A stretch of DNA of 64,000 nt from Octopus bimaculoides (taxonomy: Eukaryota): NCBI RefSeq assembly GCF_001194135.2, contig NC_068995.1:4326184-4390183 (forward strand), given 5' to 3'. Each line of letters opens with the position of its first letter. Within the stretch, counting starts at the first letter, position 1. The notes beneath the pieces are model-generated. The model was given only the letters and a program-made list of their open reading frames with translations, was not told the DNA's origin and did not search any database. Below are positions 39,986-53,288 of this stretch, one piece after another. The position numbers and the translations under genes were made by a program.

Positions 39986-40779
39986 GTAGATAGAGATAAC
40001 CATATAAATTACACATAAATGTTGATGTATATATACATGCATATATGTGTGTGTACACACATGAACACATGAACACACACATGTATATATACACACGTAC
40101 GTATATTTATGTACGTTTATGTATATATGTGTGTGTATGTATGCATGCACAGGTGCATGCAACGATACTTATATTTGCACAATGTGAGGGGGCAGTGTAA
40201 TGTTATGATATGTCAATATAAACATATTATCTCTCTTTACCATATATATATATGTATGTATGTATGTATGTATATATATNNNNNNNNNNNNNNNNNNNNN
40301 NNNNNNNNNNNNNNNNNNNNNNNNNNNNNNNNNNNNNNNNNNNNNNNNNNNNNNNNNNNNNNNNNNNNNNNNNNNNNNNNNNNNNNNNNNNNNNNNNNNN
40401 NNNNNNNNNNNNNNNNNNNNNNNNNNNNNNNNNNNNNNNNNNNNNNNNNNNNNNNNNNNNNNNNNNNNNNNNNNNNNNNNNNNNNNNNNNNNNNNNNNNN
40501 NNNNNNNNNNNNNNNNNNNNNNNNNNNNNNNNNNNNNNNNNNNNNNNNNNNNNNNNNNNNNNNNNNNNNNNNNNNNNNNNNNNNNNNNNNNNNNNNNNNN
40601 NNNNNNNNNNNNNNNNNNNNNNNNNNNNNNNNNNNNNNNNNNNNNNNNNNNNNNNNNNNNNNNNNNNNNNNNNNNNNNNNNNNNNNNNNNNNNNNNNNNN
40701 NNNNNNNNNNNNNNNNNNNNNGTATATGTATGTATATGAATATATATATATATGTATGTATATATATATATATATATAT

Positions 40780-40826
<47 letters not shown>

Positions 40827-41569
40827 GATAGATATGTGTATACATTGAATATGTATACACATGTATGCATGTATGCATGTATGAATGTATGTCTGTATGT
40901 ATGTATGTATGTATGTATGTATATATAGTATTGCAGGGGTTGAGGTGAAAACCCCGCCTCTTTAAGCTGTCAGCTAATACCCTAATCGGAAAATAGAATC
41001 TTCGCCATTATTCAGGAAACGCCTAAATCGTTATCGCCATATTTATCAATATTACAATCGAGGTCATCCAACTGGCCATCACATGTAACACAACAACCAT
41101 TTTCGCCGTCATCACCATCGTCATCATTGACTTTACACTCCTCTTTCTCCTCCTCCTCCTCCTTCTCCTCTTTCTGTTCATCATCATCATCATAATAATC
41201 GTCGTCGTCGTCACGTCTCTCGTGTTCCCCTTCGCTGTCATCTTTGTCATCATTATCGGCAGTCTCATCATCATCAACATTATCATCCCCATCCTCGTCA
41301 TCTACAAGAGCAGCATCAGCAGTATTATCATCATCTTTGCCGTAATATTCCATGTCCTCATCCTCACCCTCCTCCGCATCATCATCATCATCATCATCAT
41401 CATTATCATCACTATTATACCACCCTCTTTACCACCAATGGCACTATAATCATCAATGCCAGTGTCTGATACTCTTGTAATTCCGACACCATATCTTGTA
41501 CAGCTATTTGACAACAGATGTTCCCTCATCCTCCTCTGGGACTGTTTGATCTGAAGCTATTCCACTTAC

Positions 41570-41635
41570 CATTGTCAGCTGCAGCGGAATAAAGCATCGA
41601 GAAACTGGTCACTCTCTCAGTTCTGTGAGTGATAT
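41570..41635 (-). CDS. Candidate internal exon, 66 nt, phase 1-1, unidentified protein
   Basis: Acceptor ACTTTGTCATGTCGCAG and canonical donor G|GTAAGT. Length is a multiple of 3 and only one frame is open (xITHRTERVTSFSMLYSAAADN). No homology recognised. Confidence 0.35.
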
Positions 41636-42028
41636 CTGCGACATGACAAAGTACCTCTGTAATAGCATTTGTGTCAACTTTCTAAGGCATTGTCTTCTCT
41701 TTCGCGTAGTCACATTGTCTCTTTGTTGTAGTTTAATGCGTCTTCATACGAACATGTGCTCACACACACACTCACACACAACACACACGCGCACACACAT
41801 CCACACTTATCCCTAAGGATACATGCCCACATTCACATATATATACACATAATTACATATACGTACATACACTCATATGTGTCTGTGAATATGTATGTGC
41901 TTGTGTGTGTATTTAAATATGTGTATGTATGTATATATATATACGTGTGTGTGTGTATGTATATATATATATGTGTATATAACTGGATATACATAGTATA
42001 TATTTATATATATGTGTGCGTGTGTATT

Positions 42029-42074
<46 letters not shown>

Positions 42075-42588
42075 TGTGTGTGTGTGTGAATGTATATATG
42101 CGTGTATATAGCTGTGTGTATATATATGTATATGTTTATATATATACATGTGTGTGTATGTTTGTGTGTATGTATGTGTTTCTCAATGTGTGTGTGCGTT
42201 TATGTGTGTGTAGAAATACACACATCACATGTGCGTGCATGTGCAGTGCATGTGTGAACCTGCGTGTATGATGTATGTATATATGTGTATATATATGTGT
42301 GAATGTTTGTGCGTATAAGTGTGCGTAGAAATCATAGACAATGCTTCCTATGTAGAATGGCTGCTTCAAAAATTACCTTATTAACCTGAGGGATGTTCCA
42401 TCTTTCGGTTGATGAGCTGCAGGTTATTGACGTGTGCACGTGATTAGCAATGTGAATTATCGACTGATCCATACTGTTTCTCTTGCCAACACCACTACAA
42501 CGACTCATGATCATGATGATGATGATGGTGCTGATGAGAATGAGAGGCAAACGTTCGTCCTCGGCAACATTGGAACTCGTCTTAATGA

Positions 42589-42713
<125 letters not shown>

Positions 42714-42737
42714 GTGGTGAGGAGGAGGAGGAAGAGG

Positions 42738-42915
42738 GTGAAGAGGTTAATCCGTTGTGGTCGCTGAAAAAGGTGGTAATAGTACCTATAATTGTCGGAA
42801 TCCTGGGAACAGTGAGTAAGAATCTTGAGAAGTACATGGAACAAATAGGGGTTGCAATAAAATGAATAAGGGCTGCAAAAAGATGATTAACCTGCGATAT
42901 TTTGAAAATATATTC
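42738..42915 (+). mobile_element. Short RLE-type LINE C-terminal fragment (R4/Dong-like)
   Basis: Translates EEVNPLWSLKKVVIVPIIVGILGTVSKNLEKYMEQIGVAIK, followed by a degraded LQK...ILR-like segment. Same motif block as at 57.8 kb. It begins directly after a compound (AGT)(AAT)(GAT)(GAG) microsatellite. Confidence 0.7.
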
Positions 42916-44134
42916 CACTCAAAATTTACAAGATAAACCGTTTTCCCTGAGTCAAAAAGGGCTTAATGTGTGTCCAGTGTATATGTATAAACTTTCTTTT
43001 GTGAATGCAAGTAGTGAAAGACATGCCTTATCGTTTGGGTAAAATCATGGTTTCCGCGATTTCTTTAGAATTATGCTCTTTTCTACAATGCAGAATTTGT
43101 ATTTCTAAGCAGCGTTTAATATATACATAATTTGGAATATTAGGCCCTTTTCCAGCTGATCTCGTACGATACGCAATTCTCTTTTAACACCCAGAAATAG
43201 CTTTGTGTTTCATAGTCTCTTCTTCAATATTTCTGTATGATGCATTCCGCGTGTGTAATCGTCGTAACCAGTTTGTATAGATTTTGGTCGGTGCCATTCC
43301 CGACAACCGAAGAGTTTATCTGTCTGATAAACGATGCTCTTAGCTTTATAAAGAAAGAGACTCAAATATGTAGCGGCCAGTGAAAAGAGTTTAATGAGAG
43401 CTGAGTCATTTTTTTGTATCAAGAGTGTCAAGCAGCAGGATATTAAACGATTGTAGCAGTGATAGTTCTATATATGTTAATATAGATTTGTAACACTTGA
43501 GCATCGATGCGACACAAAAATCATGATGTAGCCTGAACATCAGACCAGATTTAATTGCTCCTGTCTTAATTTTCTAAAGAGTGTAGGCTAAGATTTTAGG
43601 GAGATTTGTAATTTCTCGCAGGCTCAGATTCTGCCAAAAAGTCTGCTAATTTTGAATGCAAGAAAAAAAAAATACAAAAAGCAGAAAATTCTTTCCATAG
43701 TTAAAAGAAACGGATAATATGAGAATATTTTTTACTGGGATTGTATGATGTTTTTTACTTCGAACAGTATTCTCTTTTCTGATTCCATTTAGACATTCCA
43801 TGGTATAATGTGATGGTGATAAGGTTACGGCTAGAGGCAGTGGATACATACATATATGTATGTATTTCTGTATGTATGTATGTACGCATGTATATATGCA
43901 TGTATATATGCATGTATGCATGTATGCATGCATGTATGTATGTACACACATACAAACACATATATATACGTATGTGTTAGCATGAACACATGTATTTAAT
44001 TATATATATATATGACTGTGTATATGTATGCATGTCTGTACATACATATATGTGCATACATATATGTACACACCATATAAATATACACATATATACACAC
44101 ATATATATATCTATATATACATATATAGATACAG

Positions 44135-44212
<78 letters not shown>

Positions 44213-44792
44213 TATATGTATATGTATGCATGTATGTATATATATATATATGTATATGTATATACATACATACATACATATACACACACACATTGTTCCA
44301 TGGCAAACGGAGCCAATAAAAAGGTTGGATAAACAGTTGAATTCCCACGATTTGAATCAACACAGAATCATTGACATCTGCTCAACGTATCCTGTCACAT
44401 GGACTTTATAAAATACCATTTCAATGATTGTTTATTGTAGGAAAATAATATTTCTGCTTTATTGTTCAACGAAATACACACACAAATACATGCATACACA
44501 TACTTGTATATTTGGTTATATTTATAATTGCATAATATGCATATAAGCAGCTACAAATATATGCACACACATGCATATACAAACATATGCAAGCATTCCA
44601 CACACGTAGGCAGGTATACAAACGCATACATATATAAATGTATAAAGATATATGTGTATGTATAGATATGGCATATACAAACGCATACAGATGTATATGC
44701 TTAGGCATATGACTATATGTATATATATATACATATATATACATATGTATGTATATGTACATTTATGTATATATACATATATATATAATATA

Positions 44793-44859
<67 letters not shown>

Positions 44860-45863
44860 GAGACGGACAGAACACATATGGATATCTATATATTTGTGTG
44901 TTTGCATGGGGGTGGGGGTGAAAGTGTGTGTGTGCGCGTGTATGAATATATTTATCCATCGAGATACCTGTATTGTCAACCTTGGTTTGAGCGCCTGCTT
45001 TAATGAATAACAGCAGATGCAACAGGCAGAGTCAGTAAGGTTCGATTCAAAAGAGAGATATTTATTAGACTATTAGTAATAAATAAAAAGAAAACGATGA
45101 ATATTTGTATTGTGATATTCAGTATGAGGTGTTCAATAAACACCAAACTATTGCAATAGATGATATTAGTTATGTGTTCAGCGACTGGAGCAATGTAATG
45201 GAAAGTAAACAGTATTTATTAGAGAAAATATGTCCGTTTTGTTGAAAGGCTTCAATCACGGCAGATAATTTGTACCACAAGATGTCGCCCATTGTATATA
45301 GAGATTGTCTTGGCGCTGGGACTGGTGCTGATCTTTGTGATCGGAGTGATGTTAATGGTTGTTACTACGGGGGCCTTTTTTTATGGTTTTAGTGGGTGGT
45401 GATTGTGGTCAGAGTTGTAGTAACGATTGTGGTTGTGGTGGCAGATGTACAAGTGTTAGTGTTTGTGATTCTGGACGAAGTGATGGTTAATATTTATCAT
45501 TGCGGTTGTTATGGTTCTTGCTGGTAGTGTTACTGGTGGTTGTGGTTGTGGTCAAAGTAGTGTCTGTATGTACGGTTTTGGAGGTAGTATTGCAGTGTTA
45601 GTGGTTGTCGCTTTAGTCGTATTGGTGTTAAGATTTGTTGATGTGTAGGCAAAGAGCTGGCAGAACGTGTTAACACGCCGGGCANNNNNNNNNNNNNNNN
45701 NNNNNNNNNNNNNNNNNNNNNNNNNNNNNNNNNNNNNNNNNNNNNNNNNNNNNNNNNNNNNNNNNNNNNNNNNNNNNNNNNNNNNNNNNNNNNNNNNNNN
45801 NNNNNNNNNNNNNNNNNNNNNNNNNNNNNNNNNNNNNNNNNNNNNNNNGATTTGTTGATGTGT

Positions 45864-46080
45864 AGGCAAAGAGCTGGCAGAACGTGTTAACACGCCGGGC
45901 AAAATGGCTGGCCCTATTTTCGTCCGTCCTTACGTTCTATGTTCAAATTCCGCCGAGGTCGAATTCGCCTGTCATCACTTCGGGTTCGTTAAATTAAGTA
46001 CCAGTTGCGTACTGGTGTCGGTCTAATCGACTGGCCCCTCCCCAAAAGGTTTTGGACCATGTGCCTAGGGTAGAAAAGTA
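45864..46080 (+). mobile_element. SINE family A
   Basis: GAGCTGGCAGAACGTGTTAAC...GTTCAAATTCCGCCGAGGTCGA...GTGCCTAGGGTAGAAA. Confidence 0.9.
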
Positions 46081-46087
46081 TTTTCAT

Positions 46088-46240
46088 GCGTCTTTACGTT
46101 CTGTGTTCAAACTCCGCCGAGGTCATCCTTATATTTCATCCTTTCGGGGTTGATAAAATAAGTACCAATTGAGTACTGGGGTCGATGTAATCGTCTTACC
46201 CATTTCCTAGAAACTGCTGGCCCAGTGCCAAAATATGAAG
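46088..46240 (+). mobile_element. SINE family A, 5'-truncated tandem partner
   Basis: GTCTTTACGTTCTGTGTTCAAACTCCGCCGAGGTC...GTGCCAAAATATGAA. Confidence 0.85.
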
Positions 46241-46259
46241 CCTGTATTTGTTGTGGTGA

Positions 46260-46588
46260 TAATTGATCAATAAAAACATTACATCAATTTGAAATAAACT
46301 GCTCTCCACGGAATGCAGACGACCGTATAGATTTCCAACATACAGGATATACTGTTGTAACTGTTTTAGCAAATTCTTCATCAGTACTAAAATAATTACA
46401 TCGGTTCTCTTTACCACAAAAATAGCAAAAAGAAACAGTGTAATTAGTGTTTAGTTTCTAGTACTAATGAAAAATTTGCTAAAACAAGTATAACGGTGTA
46501 TCCGGTATGCTGGAAATCCAAACTGTCGTCTGCATTCCGAGGAGAGCGGTTTATTTCAAACTGACGTAATGTTTTCATTGATCGATTA
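46260..46588. mobile_element. Foldback / MITE-like element with about 130-bp inverted arms
   Basis: 46260-46389 is the reverse complement of 46459-46588 at about 85% identity (about 18 mismatches by hand count), with a spacer of about 70 bp. Both ends carry TA, compatible with but not proof of a Tc1/mariner-type TA target duplication. Confidence 0.8.
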
Positions 46589-46677
46589 AACGGTGCCGCT
46601 TCAAACAGCCGTAATGCACTGATACCCGGACATCTTTGTTACTTATTTGCTTTGTATGTGTGTGTATGTGTGTGTGC

Positions 46678-46842
46678 GTATACAACGGGTTTCTTTCAGT
46701 TTCTCTCTACCAAATCCTACTCACAATGCCCGAGGTTGTCATAGAAGATCCTTGCCTAAGATGCCGTGTACTGGTGGACCTGAACCCATGACGATACGGC
46801 TGAGTGCCAAGTTTCTTAACCATGCACCTTCACCTGCTTAAT
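46678..46842 (-). mobile_element. SINE family B 5' half, diverged
   Basis: GGGTTTCTTTCAGTTTCTCTCTACCAAATCCTACTCACAA...GAAGATCCTTGCCTAAGATGCC...CTGAACCC aligns with 22974-23126. Confidence 0.7.
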
Positions 46843-47763
46843 ATACAAATCACCTTCAAGTGATACAAAACTGATTTTTAATCTAGATTAGTAAACATTA
46901 GATGAGTATTTTTAAATCACAAGATGGCTATGGCGGGAACGGCTTTGATTCTCAATCTACTTGAACAGATTTGACCTGAAGCTAAAGAACATGAAACAAA
47001 GGCGTAAACGTTATCTTTTGTCCAACTTTGTTTCGGCAGTCCTTGAAAAGACCATGCGTGCTGTGTTGCCTTTTTTTGAATCAGATGACAAAAAAAAAAA
47101 GAGAGAAAGAAAAAATAAAACATAAACAGAAGCAAATCTAAATTAATGACACAGTTTTGTTATTTCTTTTGTCGCATAAATTCTCGATGACAATACTCTG
47201 TAAAAGCTACAAAAGAGGTATTAATATCGAAAGATGAGACAGGAAGGAAATTTAGGCTGTATGAATAGAGAAAATAGCTGCAGGACTTAAAATATATTGA
47301 CTTCCAATTTAACACATCAATATCAATCCGTAAAGCTATATTAGTTGAACGGAATAACAAGTAAACAGGATCTAATAGAGTGAAGTTCAATAAAAGGACA
47401 GGTATTGTAAATAGATAAACCCGTAGATTGTTTACCAAAAATAACTATCAAACTTAATATATGAGGTCTTGCGAAGTTATGATTAATTATATTTTACTCC
47501 AGCTAAGATCGGAATAATATGAAAGAGCCTATTCAATTGCATTTGTTAATGTGCCGTTCTTATCAATATATATACATCGATAAAATGTCACTCATGAATA
47601 TGAAATGAAATCCTCATCTAATGAAATCGGTGCGGGAAATGTATAATTAGCATGCCTGAAGCAAATCTTATAGAAGAGCGGCGAAGAATATTGAATATTT
47701 TCTTAAACCATTATATTTTACTCAATAAAGACCATAGACACACGCACCATAATTAGCTACACA

Positions 47764-47820
<57 letters not shown>

Positions 47821-48101
47821 ATAGATTTGGATGTGCATGTATACGTCTATTTGTGTATGTGTGAATGCACATATACACATGTGTATATCTCATTCCTAAA
47901 TTTGACTACTTTGCCATTAATTGACGATTATAGTCAAACGGGCATTCACCAGATGGTATATCTGCGAATAATTATTGCGCTGCACACGCACACAATTACA
48001 CACACACACAAACACTAGCACACAGGCATACACTCACACATTTATATCAAATATATGTATACATATAAATGTACATTTACATATGTATTCATATACGCAT
48101 A

Positions 48102-48160
<59 letters not shown>

Positions 48161-48334
48161 GCATATGTATATGTGCGTGTGTGTGTATGTGTGTATGCAT
48201 ACGCATACATAGAAAAACATATGTATGCATATAGGCCTAAGGCAAATTGCGAAGCATACTACACACTAATCCGGGTCAAACTTGCATATGAATGAGAGCT
48301 TAGCGAAGTATGTGTGTATATATACATACATACA

Positions 48335-48425
<91 letters not shown>

Positions 48426-48496
48426 TTGTATATGTATGTATGTATATATGTATATATCCATGTGTATATGTGCGTGTGTGTGTGTATTCTATAGAC

Positions 48497-48548
<52 letters not shown>

Positions 48549-51126
48549 GGATATGAACATATGCAGGTACCAACAATAGTATTCATACACATACATATAT
48601 ATGATGTACCGGTACGTATACACTTTTTGTTTTACCCGTTTATGTTTGTAAGAAGGGTTAATGCCGCTGCACTCTTCGTGGTCTCCAAAACCTGTGTAGC
48701 AAATTTAATCCTGAGATATCTTTCAACAAATATAAATAAACTACGATAAAGAATTGGTAAATAACAGATCAGTTACATGTTTTCATGCTGTGTTTCGGTC
48801 TATGTTGTCCCAATTAGTTGCTAGTGTACACTTTCAGTTTGCCAAAAGACATTTCCGGAAATGTCAGTATTTCTTATAAATCTCTGATCTCTCATTAAAT
48901 AGTCAATAGATTTTTAATGCTTCATAGTTTTGTCAGTGTTTCTGCGGAGGAATATTTATCATTGAAATAATGTTGATTATTTGACCCTCTTCTAAACCAT
49001 CAAATCTTATGTTCCACCCTTTAAATTTTGTTTTGAAAATGTAACTCCTACTCAAACGTAATTATTTCACAATAACATTCCTTGTTCAGACGACAAGAGT
49101 CTTTAAATCTGCATGAAAAATATTCGCTTCTTGTGTTTCACTTGAGCTTCTTGTAATAAATTGTTTTACTCCATTAATTTTTACGACGAAGACTTAATCT
49201 TTGGTTAATTGTTTATTACGTAGTGGTTGATATGGAAAATTTTATTGAGCAAGGTGAATGAAATTTAGAATATAGTTCAATTAAATGAGAACTAGACATT
49301 GAACCAAATAATACTTTCCTGCTTATGACAGCTGTGGTTAGGGCTACATGTTTTGTTATCCTTTCTGGTTAGATACTAGTGCCTAGTTGTAAAAGAGTGC
49401 AACTATGTAGTATAAAACTTTATTGACAATTGACCCAATAAGACCCAAATTTCTAGCCTGGTTTTAAAATCAGTATTAATATACGTGAGACTTTCTTGAG
49501 GATTACTGCATAGTTTACGTTTGTATGAAATAAACTTGAATATGCCATTTAATAACAGTTCCCATACATCCAAACATTATTTTATTACTCAACTTGTTGA
49601 AGATGCTGATAAATTTTATTCTGCGTTCGTTGTCACATCATTTCTGCATGGACATGCCAGCGATTATGAACTGCAGTGTATCCAGGATATACAAACGGTC
49701 AATATCACTCACGTAACTCTACGATCTCGAACGGCCCCCAGCGGTGAATTGTATGCATTACCTCGAGCACAGGTTTTACTGGGAGGCCGTACGCACCAAG
49801 ATTTCTAGGCTGTTGTCTTCTGTGATATATTTCTTGGCAGTCTTCGGATCGTGTTTAACGATTTCATAACATTGGGAAGAATTCAATGTCAAATTGAAGT
49901 TTATACTCATTTCAATTACTGATACATTTAAACTAATTAATTATTGGACTTCTAATGTTTCATGATTGGCAGTTTGTTATTTTCTTATTTCAACTAATAT
50001 TATTTAAAAATAAATCTTTTATGTCGCAATCCTATAAAAGTACATCCGCCACATTTAACAACAGTTACAATAGCTATTAAAACTTTAATACATTATTTAT
50101 CACACGTATGCAGTATCTAAATTTATAGATATATATGCGCGTGTGTTAGCAGAAATATTGAAAAATGTCTGTACGTCAACGATATGTTTGCTATTTCGAT
50201 GCGTCTCGCTTCTTTCTCATATTAATTTCCGACGTCCTCCGAGATCATGATGATTGAGAAAGAAATAGAGGTGATATTATATATATATATATATGAAACA
50301 ATCTCGAAGGTGGTGCCCCATTTTGTTCTGATGGTACTTCGATGAGTGAAATCAATAAAAGTATTGAAGGAAATATCTGAAAACTTAAATTGGCAGAAAG
50401 AGAAGATTAGCAAAATAAAATGTTTGACAGGAATTAATTTCGTCCATCAACATTGGCTGTTCAAATGACAATGAAGATGACAACGTGCCTGGTCTTTAAT
50501 CCCTACGTGAATTCATACAACATTATGGAGAACGACACAGGATATATTTTGATATTTGAAGCAAATTAAATCTATAGACTATAACGGATTCTGTTCATAT
50601 GAATATGAATACACTCATACATACATACATACATACATATATATATATATANNNNNNNNNNNNNNNNNNNNNNNNNNNNNNNNNNNNNNNNNNNNNNNNN
50701 NNNNNNNNNNNNNNNNNNNNNNNNNNNNNNNNNNNNNNNNNNNNNNNNNNNNNNNNNNNNNNNNNNNNNNNNNNNNNNNNNNNNNNNNNNNNNNNNNNNN
50801 NNNNNNNNNNNNNNNNNNNNNNNNNNNNNNNNNNNNNNNNNNNNNNNNNNNNNNNNNNNNNNNNNNNNNNNNNNNNNNNNNNNNNNNNNNNNNNNNNNNN
50901 NNNNNNNNNNNNNNNNNNNNNNNNNNNNNNNNNNNNNNNNNNNNNNNNNNNNNNNNNNNNNNNNNNNNNNNNNNNNNNNNNNNNNNNNNNNNNNNNNNNN
51001 NNNNNNNNNNNNNNNNNNNNNNNNNNNNNNNNNNNNNNNNNNNNNNNNNNNNNNNNNNNNNNNNNNNNNNNNNNNNNNNNNNNNNNNNNNNNNNNNNNNN
51101 NNNNNNNNNNNNNNNNNNNNNNNNNN

Positions 51127-51163
<37 letters not shown>

Positions 51164-52019
51164 TTAACATGTATACACTCACACACATACATACGCACAT
51201 ATATAACGAGAGAAAGACAGATATAAAGATACTCGACGTTTAAATGCAATGGGTAGAGACCTGAAGGAAAATGTAATTATTCCGAAACTAAATCAGATTC
51301 TTAAAACTCAGTGAAAAAACAAAATAAATTAATACTATTTAGAAAAAATAGAAACCATCAAATATCTATAAGCATTTCCATCGAATCTGTCTTGTTACAT
51401 TGCTGATACATTTTGTAAACCACTTATATGTAGACCAATAATATAACATCATTCTTTGCTACATATAAACTCCAAACACTAAAAAAAATCAAAGTGAGAA
51501 ATCACTGAACGTTTTAGATTAAAGTTATGAGATTTTGCAGAAGTGCAAATGACTTGCCACTGAATAATACCTGAAAAAGAACGAGGCAGCAATGGAAATT
51601 CTACATTGTTTCTCGATTTATCTAAGCATGTGATATAGCAAATTATTTGTATTGGGAAATACGTTCAAATTTTAGGTGCGTCCTTCAAGCAACTACATTT
51701 ATGTAACTCCATTTGCAACAAAAAGCACAGTACTGGAAGTACTCTATGTATTTTCTCTCATTGGTTGTAGACTACTAATAAGCATAGATACAAACTACTA
51801 AAGTCAAATTCTGAGATGTTATTTAAACTCAACAGTTCTATATATTATGAGAATCGATCATATCAAATGCAACGTTTTCATTCCACGCCCGATTACTTCG
51901 GTTTCCTAAATCCTAAAATCAATATCTTGGCTTAACATCTCGCTAAAATTCCTTGTATTATCATCTAAACTATAAATCTTCAGAGACTTTTTCTAATCTT
52001 TATAATAAGGTACACTTCC

Positions 52020-52450
52020 AGAGTGGATTCCAAGAAAAAAAATATCGTAGATAAACAAGACAAAAATAAAACCAGATACCGTCAAAGAGAAAGAATAATC
52101 ACATGGTATAATCCTCCGTGCACGACGTCACAGAATTTTGTATTCCATTCTGATAATGAAATACTTCCACGAACAAGAATTAATTACTGCGAAATAATTA
52201 ACAAGAATTACATTAATTTATTATATTTCACTACACCTTATTTGGCACAGGTTATGTTGCTTCTAATCAGTTTAATGTGTATCCATCTTCATCGAACAGA
52301 TACATAAACTGCTGCTCTGACATTAATCCTGATAATTATCTGTAAAATTCAAATGCCAATCACAAAATGTGTACCGGGCATCAGTTAAAAATCACAACTT
52401 AACCAAAGCATAGTTCACCGGCACTCCTATGTCTTAGAATTTAAATGCCT
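52020..52450 (+). mobile_element. Penelope-like element remnant: RT-to-endonuclease linker and start of GIY-YIG
   Basis: ORF 52023-52307 contains RQRERIITWYNPP and CEIINKNYINLLYFTTPYLAQ, matching the PLE linker RKRxIIWFNPP...KIFNxNTxKxSYSxxPN. Positions 52354-52425 read CQSQNVYRASV...FTGT, resembling CxxxNVVYxAxV...YxGxT. More degraded RT-like sequence may extend upstream to about 51.3 kb. Confidence 0.7.
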
Positions 52451-52804
52451 TCTTGTTCTGCAATCCAAACAAGAATCAGTTAGACCTGATTATCCATGCT
52501 GATTTGACAATGAAATGCCATCAACATCCAATGTGACTTAAACTGAGGAATTCTCTTGATAAGATCCTATATTAGTCATAAAAATAAACAAACTTTGTGC
52601 TACTGAGAGATATGAATTTGTATTTGGCGAGAAACTGTAGCTCAATAAACATTCTAAAATACTAACATCTGAGTAATAGAGCACATTTTTTTTTAAATTC
52701 GGTATTTTCAAACTTTTATTTTCTCTAAACGGCAGCTCAAAGACATACATACATACATACACATATTTATATGTGTATATATATATACATATATATGTGC
52801 ACAC

Positions 52805-52920
52805 GCACATGGCACAGAAAGTGTGTCAATAGCCAGCTGGAGGAGATGGCTTCCTGGAGTTACAATCTACAGTAGCATCAACCCTTAAGGGTCAGCCACA
52901 TTTAGGTGGCAAATATACTT
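52805..52920 (-). repeat. Unclassified interspersed repeat, copy 2 (family E)
   Basis: Reverse complement GTATATTTGCCACCTAAATGTGGCTGACCC...CCAGGAAGCCATCTCCTCCAGCTGGCT matches 103-198. Confidence 0.75.
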
Positions 52921-53021
52921 CACCATGTATATATATTTCTATATATATTTGTACATACATATAAATAGAGCGGTACTTATACAAGCAACTCTCTTTCGTA
53001 TATATATATATATATATATAG

Positions 53022-53055
<34 letters not shown>

Positions 53056-53160
53056 ATAGATGCACACACATATATTATTACATAGTACTACTACACCTGC
53101 TACTCTTACTCCCCCTCCTTCTACGCCTCCTTCTACGACTACGACTACTACTGCTACTAC

Positions 53161-53288
53161 TAATTCCGCTGAAATTGACTTCAGCTTTCGATGTCGATAA
53201 AAAGATACCGGTGGATAAGTGGAATCGATATAATCGACTCGGTCCCTCTCCGAAGCTTTCAGGCCTCGTGCCCGTAACAGAATAGATT
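53161..53288 (+). mobile_element. SINE family A, diverged 3' two-thirds
   Basis: GTCGATAAAAAGATACC...TAATCGACTCGGTCCCTCTCC...TTTCAGGCCTCGTGCC. Confidence 0.65.

Noticed and set aside
41012-41353. 113-aa acidic ORF (MEYYGKDDD...)
   Set aside because: Composition is explained by cryptic GAT/GAG/GAC repeats, and it lies just downstream of a strong donor site, so it is more likely intronic.
42528-42562. Hammerhead motif CTGATGA...AAACGTTCGTC
   Set aside because: No stem II pairing, G12 missing, no stem I; CTGATGA arises easily next to (GAT)n.
45290-45630. Thr-rich mucin-like coding region on the minus strand
   Set aside because: Cryptic ACC/AAC simple sequence with stops in the frames examined.
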